A stretch of 64,000 bases of DNA from contig OX597821.1 of the NCBI GenBank assembly GCA_951406725.2, forward strand, positions 14,136,001 to 14,200,000, given 5' to 3'. Position numbers and translations under genes: made by a program. Positions 14,397-26,084 of the stretch are shown piece after piece. The notes beneath the pieces were generated by a model. That model did not search any database, was not told the DNA's origin, and was given only the letters and a program-made list of their open reading frames with translations. Each line of letters starts with the position of its first letter. Within the stretch, counting starts at the first letter, position 1. Origin of the DNA: Octopus vulgaris (taxonomy: Eukaryota).

Positions 14397-16619
14397 CTAT
14401 AAATAAAGATTAAAAAAAAAGGAAAACTCAAAGGCAAAATATCTTCATATCTAAAAACTACTGTAAACAAATTTTCTTTTATACTTTTTTTTTTGTTTTT
14501 GCAAGATTAACGGGTGGTCCTCAGAGGGAAATTTTTATGATTATTCGTTCATTCTTTTTCCCTTTGCTCTTCTCAGTCAAATATGATCTACTTACAAACA
14601 GGTGCCCTTCACAAAATCAAGAGAATTCCTTTTTGGCAAGAATCATAGACTCCATGAAATATTGCCAGATTACTGACACTAAGCTTCACTTTTGCACGTA
14701 CACTTGTGAATCCATACTTAATTCTTTTGCTGTGGGGGAAGCACTCAATTTCTCATATTCTTTAGTTTTTGTTTGTTTTCTAATTTTCTTTTTTCATTAG
14801 CAATTTTTTTTAAACCTTTTCATTGTGACAGTTGAGTTATGTCATTCATTAGCTGGTGTTGCAGACAGTGTCTTATTGGCTAAAATATCACAAGTAAATA
14901 CTACAGACACTGCACATCAGTTTACTGTCTGTCACGAGAACAAGGTTTCATAAACATCTCTTTCTGCATCTTGACAGCATCTGTGGCAATCTGAGGCAGC
15001 AAAATGTTAGGTTAAACCTTTCCTGTGAAAATACAATAACACTTGTTGAAATATCAGCATAAACAACCATAACAACAATGGTAAAAATTAACAAATTTAA
15101 ACATTTAAAAAGAGTATTCTAATTCTTTAATACATTTTTCACTTCTCATGATTGTTTAAAAATTTCAATTTATTTTTGTGGATTTTTGACAATGCTTCAA
15201 ATGTTAAAACATAGAAGTTAAATGTTGAAGTTAATACACTGTTGAAAGAAAACTGATTAATGTATCAAAATCAGTTGAACATTCAATTATGACATTATGT
15301 ATGTTGGTACCATTACTTTGTATTTATTTAACTAAAAGTTCTTTAAATGTTTCAAGAGAATTCTGAGAATGATGACTGAGAAGAAACACAACAGAATTGG
15401 AACCTTACAACTCCAAGATAATGCTCTGTTAGTGTGAACTTACCTTTGCATATTAATAATAATATTCACCTTAAATTCCAGTGCTACTCCTATGTAGTTG
15501 ACTAAAATAGGGATTTCACCCACTTTGGAGTCAACTTCAGATAAAAGTAAGTGAAGTTAGCATCCAGAGAATGTGCCTTTTCACTTATTCATTCACATAG
15601 ACATTAAATGTGTGAAGGTAGATATATTATGGAGACACTGGCATTTTGTTAAGATACATTTTATAGAAAGATAGATTGGTATATATGTGAGTAAGATGAG
15701 CCTGAATCCAGTATGATTTAGAGGTATGTGAAGAATATAGCAAGTGCTGTAACCAAAGAAGAAACATAGCTTATTGAGGAATGCTACTAATTTCTTCATG
15801 TGGCATGAGATATTAGCACTGTAGAGAGCTTTTAGTGAAGTAAATAAAGCAGTTCCAGCTGGAGAGGTAAAAACTGGGTCGCAAATTTGGATTCTCAACA
15901 ACTTAATGCTATACCTTGGTACTCACTACCGATAATAAAACTAGATTTTCATTAGATAAATGATAACTTTAAGTGCTATAATATGCTTGCTTAAAAAGAA
16001 GGTAATTAATGTGAAATGATATTTATAAATTTAAATGAATATGATAGAAAACTATATATGTTTAAAACATTTAAGTATTTGATATTCATACATGCTATAA
16101 CGATATCAAAGGGTATGATAAATCTTATCTACCAGGTCACCCAGTTTGAGCCGTCTTGTAGATGAGGCTCTGCAAAAAGAGATATGTGAAAGCAGATTGC
16201 ATTAACATGAATTTCATACAGTTTTGAACAGTGAAAGAAAATCCAAGTAAAACAAAATTGGAAATATAAGCAATTAGCTATAAAAGGATTTTCTAATGTA
16301 ATTTCTTTCTCTCTCATTTTTTCTTTTGTATTCCAAGGGAATAGTCAAACATGTTTAAACAATAGTGATTACCATTCATAACAGAAACATCGAGAGGCAA
16401 GAATATGTTCCATGAAGTAAAATTTACATAAAAAATATTTTGTTAAATAAAAATCCATATCAGAATAGAATGCTTTTCTGACATAGAATTGACAACTGAG
16501 ATAATCATGGGATAGTGAGGTAAATGAGGAAATTGTGCATTTATGTTAACAGACAATTAAGAATGTTAATTAGGGTCATTAAGAAATCTGACATGACATT
16601 GTGCTACCTGTGCCTAATA

Positions 16620-16831
16620 TTCTTTTCTACTCAAGGCACAAGGCCCGAAATTTTGGGGAAGGGGGCCAGTCAATTAGATCGACTCCAGTACGCAACTCGT
16701 ATTTAATTTATCGATCCTGAAAGAATGAAAGGCAAAGCTGACCTCTACGGAATTTGAACTCGGAATGTAAAGACAGACAAAATACTGCTGAGGATTTTGC
16801 CCGGTGTTCTAATGTTTCTGCCAGCTTACCA
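16620..16831 (-). mobile_element. SINE family B (tail variant ...gggccttgtgcc)
   Basis: Same head and core as 18933-19165; tail shared with 54941-55160. Confidence 0.85.
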
Positions 16832-16929
16832 TTTTCTACTTGTACATTGTATTACAATGTTAATGGTATAAATATTGAAAAAAATGTTTATAATATATTT
16901 TCTCTTTGAGTTATGTGCCCTCTTTAAAA

Positions 16930-17900
16930 CAAATTGGTAGGTGGCTTTGAATTCAGCCTTCTTTGCATTGAGGAAAAGACTGACTTTGGTTGCAGCATTC
17001 TCTAGAGATGTTAACAAATCTTACACATTGCATTGTTTATGAGCTGTGAGAGCAGGGTTAAGATCAGAGATAAATGTTCTGCTGACATCTTGATTGCTAC
17101 TATTTGATAGCAAAGCCTAGCAAGCTTCAAAACATCTCACAATCAAGTATTTCAAAGTCAACAAGGCTTGCCTTCTTCAGCCCATATGTAGAGAACCTCA
17201 TTCTCAATGCAGCTGAAACATAGATAATGAAGAAGAAGGTTTAAGATTGCCTTGATGGTACACACACCAGACTTCTCTTTATTTATCGACATATTCCATT
17301 CATGCCTACTAATATTGCTTAACACAGGGTAAGATTTGCAGGACACTGATTTCTTGAAGAACAACAAGCCATATTTACTCTTTACTCTTTTACTTGTTTC
17401 AGTCATTTGACTGCAGCCATGCTGGAGCACCGCCTTTAGTCGAGCAAATCGACCCCGAGACTTATTCTTTGTAAGCCCAGTACTTATTCTATCGGTCTTT
17501 TTTGCCGAACCGCTAAGTGACGGGGACGTAAACACACCAGCATCGGTTGTCAAGCAATGCTAGAGGGACAAATACAGACACACAAACATACATGCACACA
17601 TATATATATACATATATACGACGGCTTCTTTCAGTTTCCGTCGACCCGGGGCTATAGCAGAAGACACTTGCCCAAGATGCCGCGCAGTGGGACTGAACCC
17701 GGAACCATGTGGTTGGTTACCAAGCTACTTACCACACAGCCACTCCTGCGCCTGCTTTGGATGTTATATTTTAAAGCCATTTGAATCCAAACAGAAAATG
17801 AAGATCACTCAGCTATAATGATGTTATTGGCAGAAATAAACAACATGACATTGAGGATCTGACAAATCCAATAAGGAACAGGGATTCCTGGTGCAACATT
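16930..17900 (-). mobile_element. Decayed RTE-like LINE reverse-transcriptase fragment, interrupted by a SINE A
   Basis: ORF 16826-17017 has LLTSLENAATKVSLFLNAKKAEF, resembling the segment after the YADD motif of RTE RTs; ALLSNS and SGV..QG-like remnants upstream; many stops. Confidence 0.45.
17374..17752 (-). mobile_element. SINE family A (tRNA-derived), with ~30-bp internal deletion
   Basis: Head ggcgcaggagtggctgtgtggtaag (A-box) and gggttcagtccc (B-box); internal (TA)/(CA) tract; tail aagtaaaagagtaaagag. Confidence 0.92.
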
Positions 17901-18809
17901 GTGAAATGCTTCTTTGTTGTGACCACTTGAAGAAGGGAAAGAATAGAAGTTCTAATTCTATCTACAGCCTTTATACCAATCACAAATATTCTGAACTAAC
18001 AAAGTATGTGGAAATACATACTTTGTCGGGCATGCCTGTGGAAAGTGAACTTAAATGTAAAAGAAGTAAGCTATTATGAATCTTGGACTGTTAACGCAGT
18101 TGAAACTAAGAAGTATTTCAATAAATATCATAAATTAGAATGGTCAACTTTTGGTGGTTGCAAAAGTTAGGAAAGTGAGAGAGGTGATAGACTATTTCTC
18201 AGGAGTTCAGTTTCATCTTTATCTCTTTTGTTTTATGTAATTCAAAAAGTTTGAATATTTTGATATGAAAATTAAAATGAGAATGAATTTGGATAGACTC
18301 TAAAGTAAACATTTTGTCAAAGATATAGTATATGTCATATCTTGATCCTGTTAATTTTTTAAAGGATAGGTTTTGGTATATGTTTCACTTATAAAAAGAA
18401 CAAGTCAATAATTTGTAAATAGATGAGGAATTAGATCAACATTAGCATAAAATTAGACATTTAGAAAGGTGGAGGAATAGGCAGAAGAGAAAAAAGAAAA
18501 CAAACAAGAACTCAAAGAAAAAAAGAAAATGGAATTTTTAATTCATTAAGGAACCTCGAATGTTAACTCCATTTTAATTTCAAGCATGTTTTAACTGAGG
18601 ATGGGAACCATTAAAAAGCTTGCTATATTTTGTTCGCAAATAGGTTACTTGATGGAGTGGAAGAGGTATGGCATGACATGTAGTATGTCATAGACATTTT
18701 TAGACCTTTCAGAGCCCATTCAACACAAAGTCTATCACAGGCGATTTTTTTTTCAGAAAGCGAGACATACAGACAGAGAATGAGAGAGAAAAACCAGCTT
18801 CTGTACAAA

Positions 18810-18925
18810 TCTTATTAACCCCAAAATGATGAAGGCAAAATTGACTGTGGTAGGATTTGAACTCTGAATGCAGAGAAGCAGGGCAATCACACAGCAATTT
18901 AGCCAACACTTTAATGACTCTGCTA
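18810..18925 (-). mobile_element. SINE family B, diverged 5' part, head-to-head with the next copy
   Basis: gatgaaggcaaaattgac...ggatttgaactc matches the reverse of the family core. Confidence 0.65.
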
Positions 18926-18932
18926 GATAATA

Positions 18933-19165
18933 AGGCGGCAAGCTGGCAGAAACGTTAGCACGCCGGGTGAAATGCTGATCGGTATTTCGTCTGCCTCTAC
19001 GTTCTGAGTTCAAATTCCACCGAGGTCGACTTTGCCTTTCATCCTTTCGGGGTCGATTAAATAAGTACCAGTTATGCACTGGGGTTGATACAATTGACTT
19101 AATCCGTGTGTCTGTCCTTGTTTGTCCTCTCTGTGTTTAGCCCCTTGTGGGCAGTAAAGAAATAG
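18933..19165 (+). mobile_element. SINE family B, full-length young copy
   Basis: ggcggcaagctggcagaaacgttagc head, gagttcaaattcc B-box, core gcctttcatcctttcggggtcgattaaataagtaccag. Confidence 0.92.
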
Positions 19166-19440
19166 GTATCAACCATTAAATACTGATGGCCCAATGCCTT
19201 TTATGATTAATTTAAAATAAATTTGAAAGCACTGCAATCCATAGTAACCATATGATAATAATATAATCACAGTGAGATTATGCATCATTGAATTACAATA
19301 ATATTTATATATAGTTTAGAAAGAGGATATCTGTTAATAAAGCAATCAACTCTAAATACTTATAAAACTTATCTACCACTGCTATAATATCGTGACTGCT
19401 GACTCAAATAAATTCTCATTGGATTATATCCTTTATATTC

Positions 19441-19817
19441 TTTTTTGCTTTTTACTTGTGTCCATTAGACTGTGGCGATGCTGGAGCACTGCCTTGAGGA
19501 ATATTAGTTGAACTAGTTGACCTCTATTGTTATTTTCTTTTCAAATCTGGTACTTATTCTATCAATCTATTTTGTTGAGCTGCTAAGTTAATGGATGTAA
19601 ACACACCAACACCAGTTGTCAAGTGGTTATGGGGCACAAACGCAGACACACACACACACACACACGATGAACTTCTGTCAGTTTCTGTGTAGCAAACCTA
19701 CTTATAAGGCTTTAGTCAGCCCGAGGCTATAGAAGAAGACACTTATCCAAAGTGCGGCACAGTGGGACTGAACCCAGAACCATCTGGTTGGGAACCAAAC
19801 TTCTTATCACACAGCCA
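19441..19817 (-). mobile_element. SINE family A, older diverged copy
   Basis: Colinear with other A copies. Confidence 0.85.
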
Positions 19818-20468
19818 TATATATCCCTTATCTATATCACTTATGCAGTACCTTACTTACCCAGCAGTAGCTTCATCACTGTTTACAACTTCCGATTATT
19901 GTACATCATTCCACTCTTGAGTGATAAGCAATCTGAGTATATATATCACAATCTTATCTGTCCACAGCATTCCAGACAATACCACACAATAAATGCAAGC
20001 ACACACCAAACAGTATAGAACAAATTGCCATGAACTGAATCATCAATTGTTTTAATTGCAACACTGGAGATATATCCTAATACTGCATACAACACATATA
20101 ATAATAATGCCATCATTAGCACATTAAGAATGATTAACATTCTTCATATCACAGAGAATATCCCAGCAGTGTTTCTACTGAAGATACAACTATGAAATAA
20201 TGAAAATAATGATTGTTCTGTAAGACATATAATGTATTCTGCTTTACCAACTTTCCACTAAAACTCACATCGAATGAGAAATAATACAAAACAATATATT
20301 TCTCAACATAGCAAGGTGTATTATAACACCAACACCTTCAATGAACCAACTATATATTTATCTATATTAAATACATTATAATATAGCTGGCTATAGCAAT
20401 TAAAACCCAAAATGAAAATTAATAAATGAGGGTGCAAAACAGCACCTACAATTACTAGAAATAAGTTA

Positions 20469-20526
<58 letters not shown>

Positions 20527-20541
20527 ACATATATATATGTG

Positions 20542-20631
<90 letters not shown>

Positions 20632-20767
20632 CATATATAGATAATTATCTTTTTTTAATAATTTTGATATATATTTAAAATAATATAAATTAATTAATCT
20701 TATGTATTGGCTTAAGTTTTTCATTGTATGATTTGCCTAATAGTGGTTTTATCTCTAATTTAATATA

Positions 20768-20829
<62 letters not shown>

Positions 20830-21080
20830 TATATATATTATTTAAAGCATTTTGATATGGTTCCATGTGACATAAAATTTTGCAGGCCTCTAAACAGAGG
20901 CACTTTGGAGTGCCATATATGATAAAATGGAAATGAGAACCATTCTCCCATGTGACTGGCTTGAAAAATTGTTAAGATATTAAGATATTTTCTTAACATG
21001 AAACCAATGGAAAGCTTTATACACAAATGAAATTTCATCAGCCAATGCGGTGTTGAGCACTCATTCTCATTGTTCAACAT

Positions 21081-21497
21081 TTACTTTTTTACAAGTTTCA
21101 GTCATTTGACTGTGGCCATGCTAGAGAACCACCTTTTGTCGAAGAAATTGATCCCAGAACTTATTCTTTGTAAGCCTAGTACTTATTCTATTGGTCTCTT
21201 TTGCTGAATTGCTAAGTTTTGGAGACATAAACACACCAGCATCGGTTGTTAAGCAATGATGGGGGGACAAACACAAAAACAAAGATGCACACACACACAC
21301 ACACACACACAAACATATATATATATATATATATATACAGGATGGGCTTCTTTCAGTTTCCGTCTTCCAAATCCATTCACAAGGCTTTGATCAACCTGAA
21401 GCTATAATAGAAGACACTTGCCTAGGTGCCACACAGTGGGACTGAACCCAGAACCATGTGGTTGGGAAGCAAGCTTCTTACCACACAGCCACACCTA
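21081..21497 (-). mobile_element. SINE family A
   Basis: Colinear full-length match. Confidence 0.9.
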
Positions 21498-21637
21498 TAT
21501 GTGTGTACCATTTAGCAGCCATGCTGATGCATCAGATGGTCCAACAGAACATGATGGTCCAGAGGACTGAGTTGTGCTACAATGTCTAGTTTGGCATATA
21601 TAGCTGTATCTAAATTTAACTATCTGTCTGTCTCTCT

Positions 21638-21789
<152 letters not shown>

Positions 21790-21830
21790 AGATAGACAGA
21801 CAGATAGATAGATAGATAGATAGATAGATA

Positions 21831-22058
21831 TATTTCTTTACTGCCTACAAGGGGCTAAACATAGAGGGGACAAACAAGGACAGACGAAGGGATTGAGTCG
21901 ATTATATCGCCCCCAGTGCGAAACTGGTACTTTATTTATCGAACCCGAAAGGATGAAAGGCAAAGTTGACCTCGGCGGAATTCGAACTCAGAACGTAACG
22001 ACAGACGAAATACCGCTAAGCATTTCGCCCAGCGCGCTAATGTGTCTGCTACTCACCG
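21831..22058 (-). mobile_element. SINE family B inserted in a (GATA)n tract
   Basis: Near-identical reverse complement of 18933-19165; agat repeats on both sides. Confidence 0.9.
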
Positions 22059-22059
22059 C

Positions 22060-22093
<34 letters not shown>

Positions 22094-22624
22094 GCATGTA
22101 TGTGTGTGTGTGTATGTATATTTGTATACACATTCACACTTAGCGGCTAGTATGGCATTGTGGTTAAGAAGTTCACTTCAGAACTCTGTGAAACATACGC
22201 TTTTTACAAGCAGGTAAAAGAGCCCTCAGTTCATACACCTGAATTGCTGTTAATGATTTTAGTGGGTAGAGTTTTAGTACCAAGGCATTTATTAAATGAA
22301 TTTAATAAACAAATGCTTTGGCATAAACTCCTAGTTTTTGAGTCACTCCTGCAGCAACATCAGCTAATAAAAGTTTACCCTCCTACCACACATACACAGA
22401 CAAATCACTAAGTGTATATCCTTTACAACCAAGAAAGAGATCTAACTGATGGCGGATGCCTATGTATAAGTAGTAATAACTAAAAATAGTAACATTAAGA
22501 AATATATCATTATTCTTATGAGAAATATTTGAACATAATTTGTAGAAAATTGCATTGACACAGACGTCAACATACTTCATTCTCAGTAAATAGTTATAGT
22601 TGAAATGCAATAAACACAAATATG

Positions 22625-23257
22625 ATATTGGTTTTCAATTTTGGCATGGAACCAACAAGTTCTGGAGAGGTGGCTAAGTCAATTACATTGACCCCAATGT
22701 TCAACTGGTACTTATTTTATCATTTCCAAAAGGATGAAATGCAAAGTTGATTTTGGTGGAATCAACTCTAAATACTTATAAAACTTATCTACCACTGCTA
22801 TAATATCGTGACTGCTGACTCAACTGAATTCTCATTGGATTATATCCTTTATATTCTTTTTTGTTTTTTACTTGTGTCATTAGACTGTGGCCATGCTGGA
22901 GCACCGCCTTGAGGAATATTAGTTGAACTAGTTGACCTCTATAGTTATTTTCTTTTCAAATCTGGTACTTATTCTATCAATCTATTTTGTTGAGCTGCTA
23001 AGTTAATGGATGTAAACACACCAACACCAGTTGTCAAGTGGTTATGGGGCATAAACACAGACCCAAACACACACACACGTACACACACGGTGAACTTCTG
23101 TCAGTTTCTGTGTAGCAAACCCACTTATAAGGCTTTAGTCAGCCAGAGGCTATAGAAGAAGACACTTGTCCAAAGTGTTGCTCAGATTGTAAAGATGGGT
23201 GAAATGCTTCTAAGCATTTTGCCCAGCATGCTAATGATTCTGCCAGCTTGTTGCCTT
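22625..23257 (-). mobile_element. SINE family B split by a ~418-bp templated insertion
   Basis: Core 22625-22762 and head 23180-23257 flank a copy of 19344-19754. Confidence 0.75.
22760..23177 (+). repeat. Direct duplicate of 19344-19754 (unique flank plus partial SINE A)
   Basis: Near-identical including ~100 bp of non-SINE sequence atcaactctaaatacttataaaac... Confidence 0.92.
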
Positions 23258-23394
23258 GAGACAACTGTTGTTATCACTAGGCCTAACTCATCGTAAAGTC
23301 AATACCACCATGACTGATATCCAATCTACAGTGGAGAAGGCTAGCCACTGGATTTGGTTAAAAAAAGACGATGAGTGATGGCTAGACGTATATT

Positions 23395-23544
23395 GAGTTC
23401 TTCATAACCAGCTGATCTAGCAAGCGGGGCCTAATAGTGAGGGGGGCTGGTGCGCATTGATGCCGTTGAGAGGTAGGCCCCGAAACGGCGCGCATTCTCT
23501 CCTGATGACCCCATACACTTGCTAGCTTCAGGTATACAGAGCTT
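23395..23544 (+). ncRNA. Candidate structured RNA: hammerhead-like core in permuted, pseudoknotted arrangement
   Basis: Pairs CTAGCAAG/CTTGCTAG, GGGGCCTA/TAGGCCCC, GTGCGC/GCGCAT, GCCG/CGGC, GAGAG/CTCTC, GGGG/CCCC, plus core GCCG-TT-GAGAG, GAAA-CGGC, CTCTC-CTGATGA. Confidence 0.55.
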
Positions 23545-23774
23545 TTAACTGGCAGCACTTGCATGTGCAAGTTGTTTGCAAGACATATATTGATTTAAAA
23601 TTTTAGTGCAAGACCAATACCTCACTGCCATAGACACAAATATAATATTAAAATATGGAGCCTATTAGTATGGTGGGTTAAAGCACTTTTGCTAAGTTAT
23701 TTCAACTGAGTGGTACCATTTATTTAGAATACCAATGCTTATTTTATCTGGATGAAAGCAGAACAAAGTTCATA

Positions 23775-23963
23775 TAGGTACAGGCATGGTTCAGTTGTTA
23801 AGAAGAAGTGGCTGTGTGGTAAATAGCTTGCTTACCAGCCACATGGTTCCGGGTTCAGTCCCACTGCATGGCATCTTGGGCAAGTGTCTTTTACTATAGC
23901 CTTGGGCCCACCAAAGCCTTGTGAGTGGATTAGGTAGATGGAAACTGAAAGAAGTCCTTCGTA

Positions 23964-24016
<53 letters not shown>

Positions 24017-24576
24017 ATGTATGTGTTTGTGTGTCTGTGTTTGCCCTGAACATCAGTTGGCAACCATGGTGGTGTGTTTATGTCCCCGTAACTTAGTGGT
24101 TCGGCAAAAGAGACCGATAGAATAAGTACTAGGCTTCCAAAGAGTAAGTCCTGGGGTTGATTTGCTCGACTAAAGGTGGTGCTCCAGCATGGCCGCAGTC
24201 AAATGACTGAAACAAATAAAAGAGTAAAAGAGAAGTATTTTCAGTTCCATTCCTACAGTGCTGCCTTGGGCAAGTCTTCTCCTATAGCCCTGGGCTGATC
24301 AATACCTTGTGAGTGAGTCTGGTTGACAGAAGCTCTATGGAAGTCCATCATATGTGTGCGTGTGTTCATGTTAGTGTCTGTCTCCTCTATCTATCACTTG
24401 GCAACTAATGCTAGTTTGTTAACATCTGCATAACTTAGTAGTTTAGCAAAATAATCCCATAAAAAGTATCTGATTAAAAAAAACCAAAATAAGTATCGAG
24501 AACAATTTGTGTAACCAAACTCTTCAAGGTGGTGCCCCAGTATGGTCTCAGTCCTGTAACTGAAACATGTAAAAGA
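23775..24576 (+). mobile_element. Old SINE A host copy interrupted by a younger SINE A
   Basis: Diverged head at 23775-23804 continues at 24233 through ccttgggcaagt to tail actgaaacatgtaaaaga. Confidence 0.7.
23805..24232 (+). mobile_element. SINE family A, young nested copy
   Basis: Full colinear match; agaag at both junctions. Confidence 0.92.
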
Positions 24577-24686
24577 TTTCAGCTTAGAAGTCTGAGACAG
24601 CTAAGTCAATGCAGTACAACATCTTGTCTTTCTGCTGTCTTATATTTAACACTGAAATAGTATCTCTATACTAAAATAACAAGTAA

Positions 24687-24747
<61 letters not shown>

Positions 24748-24879
24748 AAGCAGAAAAAAAAAGTTAGTAATCTTATCTGATCAGTTGATTTAAAATATTT
24801 AGGGTCAATCGCACCCAACAACTTATCTCTAAATTCATAGATTGATGTGTGAATCAATAACACAGCTACAGTGATAATT

Positions 24880-25104
24880 AACCTTTTAATTACCTTATTT
24901 CTGTTGAAATACACTACTTTTATTTCAGCTGATTTTGAAAATAATAAAGAATTTAGTAAATTAACTTTGTTATTATTAAGCAGATGTTTGGAACATAAAC
25001 TCAGGCAAAACTTTCATGGATGGTTTTTATTCATATTTGTTTAAACAGCAAGTTTGCATTGCAGAACCAAGGGAAAGTCTCAGGTACTTTGTTTATCAAA
25101 AGAG
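24880..25104. mobile_element. Possible piggyBac-type MITE
   Basis: ttaa-cctttt...aaaagag-ttaa termini, imperfect. Confidence 0.35.
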
Positions 25105-25249
25105 TTAAACTCACTGACAGAGCTGGGGAGAATAAAAACCTTTCACTGAATATCAAGATAAAGGTGTATCAAGCTTAGGTCCTCTCGTAAACAAAACGTG
25201 GAGACATGTCAGATAAGAAAGTGAGTTAAATGTGTATTTCATGAGATTA

Positions 25250-25505
25250 TCATCATCATCATCACCATCATTATCATCATCAGCATTATCCCCATCATCA
25301 TCTTCATATCATTTAACGTCTGTTTTTCATGCTGGCATGGATCGGACATTTTGACGGGAGCTGATAAGGTCAGAGGCTACACCAAGCTCCATTTTCTGTT
25401 CTGGCATGGTTTCTATAGCTGGATGCCCTTCCTAATGTCAACCACTCCACAAAGTGTACTGGGTGCTTTTTATGTGGCACCAGTGCTTTTGATGTGGCAC
25501 CAACA
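25250..25505 (-). mobile_element. RTE-tail element (family D)
   Basis: (cat)n-ttaacgtc tail and gctggatgcccttcctaa motif shared with 41718, 54072 and 60763. Confidence 0.75.
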
Positions 25506-25559
25506 CAAGGTCTTTGTGAAAACTTAAACACTACATTAAGTTGAAAAGGTTACCAACTC

Positions 25560-25780
25560 TGAGGAACTTAACAGAACAGTATCTGAGCCTGGATATCCAC
25601 TGTTCAGTGAGCGTCATCTTGGCTACGTGTGCTTCATGGATAGAGGCTGCATTGCTTTAATCTATTGTATGGCCTGCTTAATTGCGAAATGCATCCATCA
25701 AGCAGTCCGTATGCAATATGAAGGGATGTGTGCAAAAAGGGATGTGTTCATTCAGTGCACATTGAAATGGAGTCATGGGA
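25560..25780 (+). mobile_element. Decayed RTE LINE ORF C-terminal fragment
   Basis: Broken translation LGYVCFMDRGCI...LLYGLL...DVCK resembles the RTE C-terminal LGHV.RM...LLYGEL...KDVCKRD pattern. Confidence 0.45.
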
Positions 25781-26051
25781 AAAGAGTATCAAACTGCTTA
25801 TCTTGAGTATATGCAGCGAAGGCAGGGGTGATGCATTGACTCCACCTGATGACTCAGTATTCTTCTGTGGTGGTCACACTTAGTACTCTCTCTCAGATAG
25901 GCCCAGAGAGTTTTTGCATATAATGAACCAAATTAAAGATGGTACAGAAAGGGATTGAGTAGGAGGGGGACGAGGAAAAAAGGGACAAATCTCCACTTCC
26001 TCCCTAAAATGCACAGAGGCTGATGATGACTGAAGTTGTCATCATCATCAT

Positions 26052-26084
<33 letters not shown>

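Noticed and set aside
17557-17784. Recurrent ORFs RGYSRRHLPK...GTEPGTMW and TTDAGVF (also 23791, 37371, 38068, 40690, 48941)
   Set aside because: Chance frames through SINE family A, not a gene family
23417-23525. HDV-like, twister or pistol interpretation of the GC-rich island
   Set aside because: By eye, helix order and conserved words on either strand do not fit those folds; only hammerhead core words are in register
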